Program-made: the position numbers and the translations under genes
In this document: piece by piece, positions 50,624 through 63,485 of the stretch
Layout of the letters: every line of letters begins with the position of its first letter
Position numbering within the stretch: the stretch's first letter is position 1
Assembly: GCA_958009085.1 (NCBI GenBank)
Contig: OY253672.1
Coordinates: 1,302,001-1,366,000, forward strand
Origin: Protoeuglena noctilucae
Lineage: Eukaryota
Length of the DNA stretch: 64,000 nt
Direction: 5' to 3'
Notes under the pieces: model-generated
Database searches by the model: none
The model's input: only the letters and a program-made list of their open reading frames with translations
What the model was told of the DNA's origin: nothing

Positions 50624-53600
50624 CTAGAGCTCAGGCCTGGGCCTCGGTCGCAGGATCTCCCGGCACAGAGCGGACCTTGGCGCTTCCTTCTCCACGCCCC
50701 CAGGCATGACCACCCTGGCAGCCCCATCGGGGAACACCACTTCCTTGATGCCCGAGGGATGGTGGGCCTCTGTCTGTCCCGATGCGAAGTGGAAGACCTC
50801 TGTGCCATTCGCGCATGTCGTGTGCCAGGTGTCCACCTGATGGTGGGGGTGGGGGTGAGGGTGGCAGTGAGGGTGGCAGTGAGGGCAGGTGAACACAGCA
50901 AAGAGAACGCCAGTAACACCCTATTTGGAACACCACAGCACATCGTTAGTAATAATTACATCACTGCCAAGTACCAACCACATCACCCCTCACCTCGGCG
51001 TAGTAGTACTCCTCCTGCCCCGCCTTGGGGTCGACCTTCTTCACGTCCCCATTCGCAAACCACACGATGCTGCGGCCGTCCGCGCGCGACTCCTTCCGAG
51101 TTCCATTGCGGAACACCACCACCTTCCCACCGCCCGGCATGTGGGTCACGCGCTTGTCACCATCCCAAGGCCCCTCCGCACACGCATGGCCTGCACCCAA
51201 AACACCCCCAACCCCACCCGCCTTATCTGTTCCCGCAACCTTCTGTGCCACTGCATCTAGTAAGTGCGAGTGAGATTGCGCCCCACCCGCAGCACTGCGC
51301 ATCCGCTCCCCGCCGGCCGCAGCCCCCGTCCGCCCCGCCACCCCCACCGCACCCCCGCGCTCCCCATCCCAGTCATCCCAGTCGTCTCCTTCCGATGCCC
51401 ACCGGACCGCTGTTGGAGTGGAAACCGTCCCACCCCCACCCCTGTTCCCACGCACACCACCCTTGCCACCCAACCCCTCTCCCCTCTCACTCTCCCCGTC
51501 ACTCGCCACCCCCTCCCCGTCCTCCACATCCCGCAAATCCATTCGCCACGCCCCCCGCGCCCCCCCACCCGCCTTCTCGGCTTGTCGCGTGGCACCTGCT
51601 GCCATGGACCCACGCCCATTCGCACCCACAGCTGCACCCGCACCATTCACCTCCCCATCGCTCTCCCTGTCCCCCTCTGCTCCCACTGCCCCACGCACTG
51701 TTGCCCCACGCACCGCCCTGCCGGCTGCGCCCACCTCATGTGAGCCATCACCCGTGCCGGCCATCCCACCTAGGACACCACTCACAGTGCCAGCCACCCC
51801 GGGCCTGGCCTTGCCCCGGGACAGCGCCCGCGATCGCTCCTCCGCCTCTCGCAACGCCCCCTCATACACAGCCTTGGCCGACGCCACCCCACTGGCCCCA
51901 CCAACAACACCACCAATGCCACCACCCCCACCCATACTACCACCACCCATACCAACACCACCACCACCCATACCGCGACCCTGCATGTCCTTCCGAGGCC
52001 CCACGGACCCCGGCTCACCCCCCCGCCCCCCTGCACCCCTCTCCGGCCCTCCTGCACCCCTCTCGCGCTCCCTCCCGCCCCTGCCCTGACCCCTCTCAAC
52101 CCCCCTGCTCCCCTTCCCCTCCCTCTGTGCCCCCGCCTCGTCCCATCTCTCCAATGCCCTCTTCTCGTGCCACCGCACCTCCTCCCTCAGCTCCGCAATC
52201 ACCTCCGCCTGCTCTGCGATCTGCTTCCTCAGCCTATCGCATGTCAGCCGGTGCTGCGGTGTAGGGAATAGGACCTTGTGAACGGTTGACATGTCAAGCC
52301 AATTGTTCATGTTGATTGTTTACTCCCACCCCACACCCACTCACCCCCACCCATACATACCCCACCCCATGCACCCACCCCACCACATGCAACCACCCCA
52401 CACACCCACCTTGGCCTCCCTGGCTTGCATCTCCTCCTTCATCCCCCCCAGTCTCATCTCCATCTCCTCCAACTCCTGCCTCTCCTTCTTTCCCGGCAAA
52501 CTCAACAAAGCCTTTGTTTGCTTCTCCAACACGCGCCTGTCGCGCTGCAGTTTGCGACTCTCCTCTTCCCACCGAGCGCGTAACGTCTCTGCCTGGGATG
52601 CCCGCTCCTCTTCCAGTGTCTCGCGGTCGCGGGCCAGCCGGGCACGCTCGCGCTCCACCTGGGGGGAGAGAGAGGGGGGAGCGAGGGGTGGGGTGGGGTG
52701 GAGGGGGGTGGCAGGTGAGGCGGTGACGACAAGTGGTGTGGGAGGTCGATGGGAGGGTGGCGACAGCGGCAAGGTGCGCCTGCAAGTCCCCGCCCACACC
52801 CTCATACCCTCACCCACCCCCACCCACACCAACCCCTCACCTCCTGCCGCAGCGCCTGCACGCGCCCCCTCTCCTCCCTCAGCCGCTGCAGCTCTCCATG
52901 CACCTTCTCCAATGCCAGTCGATACTCCTCATTATCAACATTACTCTCAACTCCTTTGGTCCGATCCGCAGCCCCGTCCTGCCCAGCCCCAGAGCCCCGC
53001 CCCTCTCCGCGCCCACCCCGCCCCGCCCCCGCCCTCCCCTCGCCCCTACCCCCCCGCCCTCGCCTGCCCCCGGGCTGCTGCCGCCTCGCGGACTCAAACA
53101 GCGTTCTGACAAAGCGATTGGTCACCACCAGGGACTCCCCCTCCGTGCCCTCTGGCGCCACTGACGCGTCGGCAACGCCAGCGTCAGAACCGTCGCTGTC
53201 GGAAACGCCGGCGGCCCTGGCGGCTCTCAGGGCGGCGTTGGGGGGGCCATCTGCGTGAGAGGGCAAGAGCACGCGAGTGATGGGTAAGGATGGGTCATCT
53301 CGACTTTTTTGCCATCAAACCCCCATCCCTCTCCCCAACCTCACCTCCACCCTCATCCCCCCACACCTCCTCATCCCCCTCCCCACCACCCCCTCGCCCC
53401 TCGCCCCACCCCTCAGCTCCCCCAGTCCCCACAACCGCACCCCTCTCCCTGTTTCCGGCATTCTCCTCCTCCCCGGTTTGATCCTGCGACCCCAGGTACC
53501 TGGCCCAAGGATCGCCCTGCACCTCCCCACCCATGCCCACCCCCACCGCACCCCCGCCCCCCGCCACAGCCCCGCCCCCTCCATCCCCCCCGCGCATCTC

Positions 53601-56600
53601 CGGCCCGCGTTTGCGTGCGTGGGTGACTTGGCGAAGGCGGCGGAGGGCGTCGGCGCGGGAGCGTGTGGACTGGGCACCCAGCGATGCGGAGTCCGATGGG
53701 GCGGGGGAGGGGTCCCTGAGATCAGAGCAGGGGGGCGGGGGAGGGTGAGAGTGGGTGCAGGGTGCAGATGGGGTCGCTACATGTTTGTCACAACAAGGTT
53801 GGACATAGTTGGATGTCAACAGCCATGGACAGTCATGGAAAGAAACCAAACCCCCACCGTCACCCACCACCCCTCACCTCCCCACCCTCCTCCCCCTCTC
53901 TTGCGACACCCCTCGTGAGCTTGCCCCCGAGTCGGCCCCCGATGTCAGCCGCGTCCCGCCGTGGCTCCCGGCCCTCCCACGCGACCGCGACCGTTCGAAT
54001 CTCTCGGCATAGGAGCCGTCCAAGTAAGGGTCGTAGGCGCTGGTGGGGTTTGATGGGTTGGTTGGGTTGCTTACGTTGGTTGGGTTGGAGGTGGGTGGCA
54101 CGTTGGGACGAGCAGGGCTGGGAGGGGCGAGGCTGCGACGTGCGGGGTGGTGAGAGCCGAGGCTCTCATGTGCGACATGTGAAGGCATCGGGTGTTGCTC
54201 GTGAGGGTCTGAACCACGGTGGGATTCGATCCCATTCGATCCCGGGGCGGCGTCGCGGGAGACGCGCACCGAGGAGGGCTGGGCACTGCGCCTGGGTGAG
54301 GCACTGCGGGGGTGGAGAGTGGGGTGGGGAGGGTTACGGTGAGCAGCGTCACTCGTGCTTGTATCAACTAGCACAAACAGTACTGTATTTATTTCGACCA
54401 CGATCGATGGGCTCACTTCGGCATACACACGCAACACCCTCCACTTTTCCCATCTCATCCCGCACCTGTCCCGGCCGCCCATAAGCCGCCGCGCCCACTC
54501 AGGCGCATCCGCAATGCGCCCGGGGCTGGCAGTGCCCCTGGAGTAGACCAGCGAAGGAGCCACCACCCCAGCACGCCCCACGCCAGCATGCCCACTCGCT
54601 GCATCCATCCACTGCGCCCCTCCCAGCCCAAGCTCGTCTGCATCGCCACCCACTCCCATTTCCCCATCGCCCTCCATGCCCCCATCCAGCGGGTGCCTCG
54701 CCAGCATCACGCTGGACCCTGGGGCACCGTCCTTACCCCAAAGCGTAGACAAGGAGGCAGAGCCCTCAACGCTCGCATCTCTTAATGCCCCATCACGTCC
54801 CTCAGACTGGGCAGGGGTGGCAGTCGCAGCCACTGGCCCAAACGACCCCGCACCCCACTGCCGCCGAACCTTGGCACCCTCTGCTGCCCCCACAGATCCC
54901 CACTTGTCACCACTGCCACCTACTCTGCTACTCAAGTCGACGTCACCGCTCCTCTGTTGGAAGAGTGGATTGACGTGCGTGGATGCCCGTTTGTCTCCAA
55001 CCCACCCCCACCGCCCCTCTCCCTCCTCCTCCCCTTCACCCTGCTCTCCGCGCACACCCCCTCCCATCGACCCACCCTCTGCGTCCCAGCCTCCCTCCAC
55101 CCCGCTCCCCCGCTCCCTGACATCCGCATTCACCTCCCCATGCCTTGCAGACCCCTCGCCCGCGCCCACACCCTCCCCATCACCGTGACTCGCCCTCATC
55201 GCACCCTCCTGTGCCCCACTACCGGTCTTGGTACCAAAGGACCAATCCATACTTCCCTCGACACTCTCGTCGATCCCAACTGCAACGCCCGCTCTCCTCG
55301 CTCCCCCCACGCCGCCCTGGCTCGCCCCTGCCGCCCTTGACTCGGCCCCATGCCCTCCCGGCATGTGCGAGGCAGGCCCAGGCCACGCGCTGGTCATGGT
55401 GGGGTGCGTGTCTGTTGGGATATCAATTGCGTCTTTGGGCAAACCAAGCTCCTTGAAGACCTGCCTCTCCAACGCAGCGAACTCCTCCATCTCCAGCTCC
55501 TCCTCCTCACGCCTGCGATGTGTGGGGAGTGATGATGACGGCGTGAGGTGAGCGACGATGTGTGATGAGTGACGAAGACAATACCATCATGCGCTGCTGT
55601 GCAATACAAATACTATTATCCGCTGTTTCATCCTCCCCACTGGTGCCCAACTGCACAACGCGCGCACCTGAGGTGGTGCCTGGCAATCACGCGCTGCTTG
55701 CGCCTGGGCCATGCCTCCTTCGACGGTGAACCCCGTGCCAGAGACGAGTCCATCTCATCCGCATCGACGTCACCCAACGTCCCTCCAACGCTCGCATCGG
55801 CACCCGCGGCCCCTCCGGTCCCCCCCGCAGCCACACGAGCCGGATGGGAGCCTGCACCCCGCCGCGCCCCATCCGCCACACCAATGTCTGATGCACTGGC
55901 AGCAAGGCCGGCAGCAGAGGCGAGCGGTGAGCCCCGGGGCGCCGTGGCGAAGTACGAGGCGGCGGTGGAGGCGACGGTGGGGGGACTGCGGCCGGGGCCT
56001 GGCTGAGCGCCACGGGGACTGCCATCGCTTGCGGGCGCATGGGTGGGGGTTGCATGGGTGGGGGGCGAGGGGCGGGGCGGCGCGGGGGCCCGGCCCGGAT
56101 TCGGGCGAGTCGGCCGGGTGCCGGGATTGCGCGGGGAGTGGGTGGCGGGCGACGAGGGCGGACTGCGGGGGGCATAGGCGTGGCATCGGGGTTAAGGTTG
56201 ACAGCAACGGCGCATCTGCGCGTTCAGTGGAGCAAATCCAAGACAATATGGAAGCTTACACACCTGTTATCTGCATTCTCGATGACCCGGTAGGGCATGC
56301 GGGGCTTTTGGGGGTCCAAGCGACGCGCTGTGCCCTCGCCCTCTGCGTGAAGGGACCCCCGCGCGCGCTCTGGTGCCAATCTGAGCTAGCTAGCTTCACT
56401 GATGTCATATATACGATGTCAGTAACTACATGAGCATGTGTGGGGCTCCATACGACGCGCGCTTGGAGCGGAAAAGTCATCGCGCCAGCGGCGGGAAAGC
56501 GCGATGGCGCACACGCGCTGCACTCACTCCTGAGAAACGGTTGTTTCGTGATGGGTCGCCCACTCGGTTTCGGTCGCGCATCTGGTGCGGAAAAGGAAAT

Positions 56601-56651
56601 CGCGAAGGCCTGAGGGGCTCGGGCGTCGTCGCCCTGGTCCGGCACCGTCAT
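50624..56651 (-). CDS. SAS4: Centriole protein SAS-4/CPAP/CENPJ-like (C-terminal Tcp10/G-box domain)
   Basis: C-terminal beta-hairpin repeats VVFRNGTRKE..WFANGDVKK..YYYAEVDTWHTT..NG.EVFHF..GQ.E.H...G.KEVVFPDG, a coiled coil LQRDRRVLEKQ..KKERQE, and N-terminal KQPFLR and EELEMEEFAALERQV. Internal exon boundaries are approximate. Confidence 0.85.
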
Positions 56652-57090
56652 CGTCCCTCCTCTCCCGCCGTATCGGCGCCTTCCCTCAGCAAAGCTCCGA
56701 GGTTCTTCAGGAGCCTATCAGACGCAGTGCTCAAGCATCGACGCGCGCGATGCGAAGCAGAGACGGCGCGCCGGGCACACAAACGCACGCGCCGACAAAC
56801 ACAATCGCCAGCAGATGGCCCAATGGTCCCCGAGCCCGTGCGAGCGGCAGGGAGGGAGAGCTGTATCAACTAAAGGATCGACCGGGATGGTATCGGGCAC
56901 ATCGGACGTCGCCAGACCTCGGCGCGGGTTTGCCGCCCACCCTCGTTTGAAACGCGTTGGGTCTGGAGTCTGCGCGGCGTCCAGACAGGAGAGCCTCAGT
57001 TGTCATGGTGGTCACCCTTGCACATGCTCGCAGCCTGCGCCTCGGTTCTGCTCCACGCCTGACACATGGTCTTGTGTCTCTGGTAACTCG

Positions 57091-58474
57091 ATGGCGAACC
57101 TGGCGACCCGCAGCAGCTTCCTGCAGCTCCGGAACTATGAAGGTGTGGCGAGTGAGGCGGGAATGGCGCCGAACCAGCCCCTCTGCATTTCACTGCGGTC
57201 GTTCCCTAATGGTTTGCAGCCCCGACCTGGGCCAAGGGCAAAATCGCCCTCACTCCCAAGTCGGCGGTGCACCTAGGGGTCCTTCCAACGCCGATCCACC
57301 GCTGGAACGTCCCCGGGGTCCCCGACGGCGTGGAGCTCTTCATTAAGCGCGACGACCTCAGCGGGATGCAGCTCTCGGGCAACAAGGTCCGGAAGCTGGA
57401 GTTCCTGATGGCAGAGGCGTTGGCCGAGGGCGCCGACTGCGTCATCACCATCGGCGGCATCCAGAGCAACCACTGCCGCGGCACTGCAGTCGCGGCGCGC
57501 TACCTCGGCCTCGACTGCCACCTCCTCCTTCGCCACAACAAGGCGCTCCTCGATCAGGCGAGCGCCTGGGCACCTCACACATGGGCCACCTGCCCTATGA
57601 ACACCCCGCCCCGACCCACCTTTGCGAGCCTGCCCTCGCCTGCAGGACCCCGGCCTGACTGGCAATCTGCTTGTGGAGCGGATGGTGGGCGCGCACGTGC
57701 ACTTGCACTCTAAGGAGGACTACGCGCGCGTCGGGAGCGAGCGCCTGGGTGCCGCCCTCGCCGACCGTCTCCGGCAAGAGGGTCGGCGGCCGTACTTCAT
57801 CCCTGTGGGGGGTTCGAACGCCCTGGGACTGTGGGGATACGTGCAGTCCGTGGCGGAGATGGAGGGGGACATCCGGGAGCTGGGAATCACGGACGTGGCG
57901 GCGGCATGCGGGTCGGGGGCGACGTTGGGGGGGCTGGCCCTGGGGAGCCACCTGGCGGGTCTGGGGTGCCGCGTGAGCGCGTATGGGGTGTGCGACGACG
58001 AGGACTACTTCTACGATTTCGTGGATGGGCTCTTCCGGGGCGCGGGTGCCGACGTGGGGCCCTCCCGTGCACTGATGCGGTGCGTGCAGGCCAAGGGCCT
58101 CGGGTACGCCATGAGCGCCGAGGACGAGCTGTGCACGATTCGGGACGTGGCGCTTGCGACCGGTGAGACGACTGACTGTGTACCTATTACAGGGTGTTGT
58201 GCGCGTGAGGCGCTAGCTCTGCACAGGGTGTGTTAACTGCCCTACTCATGCCATTCGCACCACCGCAGGCGTGTTGCTGGACCCCGTGTACTCTGGCAAG
58301 GCCCTCCACGTGATGCTGCGGGAGATGCAGGCGGACCCCGCGGCTTGGAGGGGCCGCAAGGTGCTATTCGTGCACACGGGGGGTCTGCTGGGGATGTACG
58401 ACAAGGTGGCGCAGCTGCAGCCGCTGGTGCAGGGGCTGGGGCGCGTGCATCGCTTCGACGCGGCCGGTCTCTGA
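57091..58474 (+). CDS. DCD: D-cysteine desulfhydrase (ACC deaminase family, PLP-dependent)
   Basis: Motifs [62 protein letters not shown] and [10 protein letters not shown]. Confidence 0.93.
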
Positions 58475-58552
58475 AAGATGTCGATGGTCGCACCTGCCCC
58501 GAGCTTACGTCACCCCTCACGATTATTCTGACTGGCATTACAAACGCCTGGG

Positions 58553-58601
58553 CAGGCAAAAAATTCAGGCAAAAAATTCAGGCAAAAATTCAGGCAAAAA
58601 A
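58553..58601. repeat. AT-rich 12-13 bp tandem repeat (CAGGCAAAAA(A)TT, about 4 copies)
   Basis: caggcaaaaaatt caggcaaaaaatt caggcaaaaatt caggcaaaaaa, lying between the DCD stop and the pirin start. Confidence 0.9.
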
Positions 58602-58664
58602 GTTGGGGTTCCGTCGCTGGTCGCGACCATTTCCAGCAGTTGAGAAGGTGCGCGCCGGCACGCG

Positions 58665-60273
58665 ATGCGGCTCGCTGCCCAGGAGAAGCAGAAGGGAACA
58701 GGATTAACTCTCTGGAGAGCCTTTGTAGCCATCCTGATCGTCTCGGGGGCGCTGTGGTATCGCTGCGTGTTTATCAGGTGATTATTGTGCGGCCAGTGAG
58801 CGGCGGGTGTCACTATATGCCTTGATGCCGCGCACTTACATGCGTGCCGACGCGCATGTGATAATGGACCTCGTTGCCCCTTTGCAGGCCCTCTGCGACG
58901 GAGCGGGTCGTGCTTAAGCCGAAGTTCGAGTCAGGGACGTCCAGAACGATGGGCGCGGTCACCAGCGCCGCTGTAGGGCCCGCCCGAGGGAGGGTCTTGA
59001 AGGCCTCTCCCGTCGCCGGCCCCTTCTTTGCCACACAGAGCCCCTTCCTGTACGCGGTGCAGCATATCGACTACTACCCGAGCGGCAAGCCCGATATGAG
59101 CGTCAACGCGCCTCTACACAACCACAAAATCGGTGAGAGCGCGTGCGAGGGGTAAGAGGGGCGAGGGATGCTGCCATGCCCCTCTGGTCCTCTGTCCACC
59201 AGCATGACCGGCCGGGGCTGCCGTGCATCGCAGGGAGCGACTTCGGAAACGTGGACGGTTTCAACATGTACCACGGGACTACGGTACCCGGCTTCCCCCA
59301 GCACCCACACGCCGGCTTCGAGACCATCACCTACATCGCGCAGGGCGCTGTGGTGAGATCTGGACATGCCTGCCCTTCTGCGTCTGTACAGCCCCCTGTG
59401 GCGGCATTTCCCATGCGCGACAAGCTCCACCTTCTGCAGTGCACGCACAGCTGAGCCTGAATGTGCCATGCGTAACAAGCTCCGCCTGCTGCCTTGCCCT
59501 CGCAGGACCACTTCGACTCGCTGGGCAACTCTGGGCGGTTCGAAAGCGGCGACGGCCAGTGGTTCACGGCGGGGTCTGGCGCCAGCCACTCGGAGATGTT
59601 CCCCATGACCAACCAGTCGGGCCCCAACACGACCGAGTCGCTGCAGATATGGCTCAACCTCCCCGCCAAGAACAAGCGGGCCGAGCCGGGGTACAAGATG
59701 CTGTGGAGGGAGGAGGTGCCCCGGCCGGTGTTTGCGAGCGAGGGCGGCGCCCAGACGGCGGTGCTGACGGTGGCGGGGCAGCTGCCGGGCCACCCGAGCC
59801 CGCCGTCGCCCCCGCCGGCGTCGTGGGCCGCGGACCCCGCGAACGACGTGGCCGTGTGGATCATCACCATGGACCCGGGCGCGAGCTGGGTGCTCCCGGC
59901 CGCGACGCACAGCTCGGTGGACCGGGCGCTGTACTTCTTCACGGGGGACGAGCTGGAGGTGGCGGGGACGGCGGTCCGGGGCAAGCACAACGTGTTCGTG
60001 GACGCGGCGCAGGAGACGACGCTGCGCAACACGGGTTCCGTCGCCGCCAAGATCCTCATGCTGCAGGGGCGGCCCATCGAGGAGCCCGTGGCGCGGTACG
60101 GTCCTTTCGTGCTGAACACCGAGGCAGAGTTGCACCAAGTGTTCCGCGACTACCACGCGGGCAAGTTTGGGGTTTGGCCCTTTGACATCGACGACCCCGT
60201 CAACAAGCTCACGGACGGGCGCTTCAGCCGCACCAAGGATGGGCAGGTCTCGTTTCCGCCCAAGGGTCAATGA
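58665..60273 (+). CDS. Pirin-family bicupin with a predicted N-terminal membrane anchor
   Basis: Motifs PFL...H.D.YP, MYHG..VPGFPQHPHAGFETIT, DHFDSLG, QWFTAGSGASHSEMFP, QIWLNLP and QGRPIEEPVARYGPFVLN. The upstream exon 58665-58777 splices in phase. Confidence 0.9.
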
Positions 60274-60580
60274 GGGCGGCGATGAGGAGGCCTGGCGGAC
60301 TGGATTATCCGATTGCCTTGGTGTAGGCTAGGTCCTGCTTTCATTTGCTTTTCCATGCATTGCATTGAATCCTCGCTTTGGTTCACCCTTCAAGCCATGG
60401 CCTGCTCGCGTGTTGTGGGGTAGGGCACAGTGTGCCTGTGCCCCACCCGACTCCACTGCTGGACATGTAAAAGACGAAAGAAAGCATCGCGATCATCAGT
60501 GATTGAGACAGGGAGACATTTTAGACGCCCAGGGGACGTTGCGAGTGGACGTTGCGAGTGGATGTGTGGCGTTCGTCCAC

Positions 60581-63485
60581 ATGACGCTAGCGTCCAGGCC
60601 CCCGCGTGCGGGAGGGGAGCGAGTATCGGATGGACGTCTCGTGCTCGGGGCTGGGTTGACTTCGTGCTGGCCGGTGAGGCGGCCGCGGGCCGGTGCGACC
60701 GTGTGGTGTCCGGGAGGTCTGGCCATCGGGCCGAGCCTCGCCGCCGCCGCCACTTGCAGGTGCAGCATCACTTTCCGGACGGACCGTCGATATGCAGCAC
60801 TTCGCGACAGCAGCTCGTCGGGGGCGGGTGCGGCCGGACGCGCCGAGCCAGCGCCCGCCCGTTACGCATCCATCGCGCCCCCGCGCTTTCTCGCAACGCC
60901 TACCGCGCCCCTGCTGGGACGCGTGCGGAGAAGGACGACTTGGTCGACGCGGATGACGAGGACTATCTGTCGGAGCTGGAGAGCTCTGACGACCACGAAG
61001 CGGAGGCAGGGACAGATGAGCCCCCGGGCGCTGGATACGCCGGGTACCGGCCGAACGTGGGCATGGTGGTGTTCAATCGGCATCTCCAGGTCTGGATGGG
61101 CCGTCGGTCGCCGTTGCGAGTCCGGTGAGAAGCGCTCGGGCCCCGGAACCTTTTAGCGGCTCCCTGCGCTGTCGCTGCCCCGCGCCATCGCGCAGGGACC
61201 CGCGCTTGCGACGACTCGACACTTCACCACATCCAGGATGCTTGCGAAGCGCGGCGGCGCTTCCGCACCGAGCGTGCTGGACCGTTTACCTGTGCTGGAG
61301 GCCCTGCAGTTCCCTCAGGGTGGCATATCCGACGGCGAGCTCCCTCACGAGGCGGCTCTCAGGTGCGTTTCGACGTCTTATTGCGTTCTTATCTTTACCG
61401 CACGCTTTGTAGAGAACACAGCACCGCAGCTGCCTGCCATTGCATCCGCACAGCTAGCTGCGAAGTCTCGCTGGCAAGCAAAGCCGTGGGCCGTCCTGCT
61501 GCGCCGCAGAGAGCTCCAGGAAGAGACGGGGATGCGGTCGGTGCAGATCGTGGCCGAGCACCCGCAGTGGATGACGTATGACTTCCCGAGTTCGCTGCTG
61601 GGGCGCATGGCGGGGCCCTGGCGGCGGTGGCGGGGGCAGGTGGGGGGCAGCGAGATGGCGCAGGGCGCGAGAGCTGTACTGGACATGAACACGTGCACGT
61701 TCTCGTGGGCCCGTGCTGCGTCATCACGTCCCGTCCTGTGATGCCCCATACCAGTCACATGTCAGTGCTTGTAGGGTGGTGCCTAGGCGCCGTGTCTCCG
61801 CGTGCCCTCACCATGCGCCTCTTGCCGTCCTCGCAGATGCAAAAGTGGTTCTTGATATATTTCCACGGCGAAGAGTCGGAGATCAACGTCAAGCAGGGGG
61901 GCGCCCTGTCGGAGTTTGGGGAGTACAGCTGGGTGACCCTGTCTGACGTGAGTAGCTGGAAAGCAACGCAGCGATGCTATGCCATGGCAGCTAAGCCACG
62001 ATAACCATATGTACTCTCCCACCCGCTCCTCTCCCCTGTTCAGCTGCCTGTTCCCCCCCCACGGACCACCCCGCATCCCCACCCGCAGGCCCCTTCCCTG
62101 GTGCTCCCCTTCAAGCGCCCCGTCTACTCGCGCGTCGCCGCCGAGTTCATCCCCGTGATTCGCGAACTCGAATTCCGGGCGCGCAAGATCCCCAGCTCCG
62201 CGCTGCAGCCACGGCGGGGGCAGCACGCGACCCGGGCACTGGGGAGGTCGACAACGGGGGTGCTGATTGACCCTGGGAGGTGGACCAGGGGTGCGGGGGA
62301 GGGTGCCGTGGGGACGCCCGTCCGCATCCTCAGGGCCGGCACGGGTGAGAGCGGAGGGGCGGGTGTCAGAGCGTGGCGTGGAGCGTGCTATGGCAGGCAT
62401 TTGTAAAGTACTCTGGCTCAGTCGCGCTTGCTCTAGTCGCTCGCTCGTGCTCATGCCCTCCACCACGGCAGCCCTCACTCGCAGTCACTCCCTGCAAGCA
62501 CAGACAGGGTCTTACCCGCCCCCTGCACGCAGGCCGGAGTGAGATTGTGGCTGCGGACCCCAGCGTCGTGGGCCAGGTGGTTCCTGTGTCAGATTCTCCG
62601 GGGCTGGCATCGCAGGGGAGCTCAGATGGCCAGGGGGGTTCGTCTCAGGGTGACGGTGAGGGAGCGAGAGAGGCGTCATCGGGTGCTGGCAGTGAGGAGG
62701 GAAGGGACGAGGGAGAGGGAGAGGGAGAGGGGTGGTACTATGGGGAGAGCGATGACAGTGAGGGGGAGTCTGGGGATGAGTGGGAGGGGAGCGAGGGCGA
62801 TGGGGATAGGGGGCTGGGTGTGAGCGCTACCCAGGGCAGGGTGGAGCGGGCACTAGGGAGGGAGTCTTTGAGGGAAGGCGGGGGTGCTGCTGAGAGCGAG
62901 GGGACGCGGAGTGACGAGGGGTGGCACCAGGGCAGCCCTTCGGTATCTGGGGTTGGGGCGGTGGGGCGAGGGTGGGGGTCGGGGTTGGGTGGGCGGGGGC
63001 GCGCAGCGTGGGCGGGTGGGTCGGAGGCTCAGGCGGGAGCAGGGGACGCTTGGAGGGGTGCTAGGGGATTCGAAAACGGCGTGGATGGGGTTAGGGGCCG
63101 GGGGTTGGTGCGGGGGTCTGAGGGTGGCGCCGTGGGTGTGGGAGAGAGCCCTGCGTCACGCAGCCTGCAGCCTTGCGAGGTGTCGAGGGGTGCTGGGGTG
63201 GGGGAGTCCGAAGGGGCCGGGAGCGCGGGGGCCGCGGTGCGCGTGATTGGCCCCGGGGGGTGCTTCGTGCGTGTGGTGTGTGGCGGCATCATAGCGGACT
63301 TTGACCCCACGTCGAGGAAGTTCCGAGCGCTGGGCAGCATGGCGTGGGTGTCGGGGCCGGTGTTTGAGAGGGGTGCTCTCAAAGCCCAGCGCGCAAAGGG
63401 GGACACCTGGCTGGTCACAGTGCGGGTGGGGGACGCGAGGGGAGAGCCGCTGCGGGAGTGGCTGGCGCGCAACGGCGGGGTGTGA
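60581..63485 (+). CDS. RppH/Ap4A-hydrolase-like Nudix protein with an acidic/Gly-rich linker and a C-terminal SAND/VARL-like domain
   Basis: GYRPNVG, QFPQGG, a canonical Nudix box GGISDGELPHEAALRELQEETG, WMTYDFP, GQMQKWF, EF...W and LPFKRPVY. The last exon (62533-63485) joins in phase. Confidence 0.85.

Noticed and set aside
50840..55400. C-rich/G-rich tracts as telomeric or satellite repeats
   Set aside because: There is no regular unit. They are Gly-rich SAS-4 exons and pyrimidine/purine-skewed introns.
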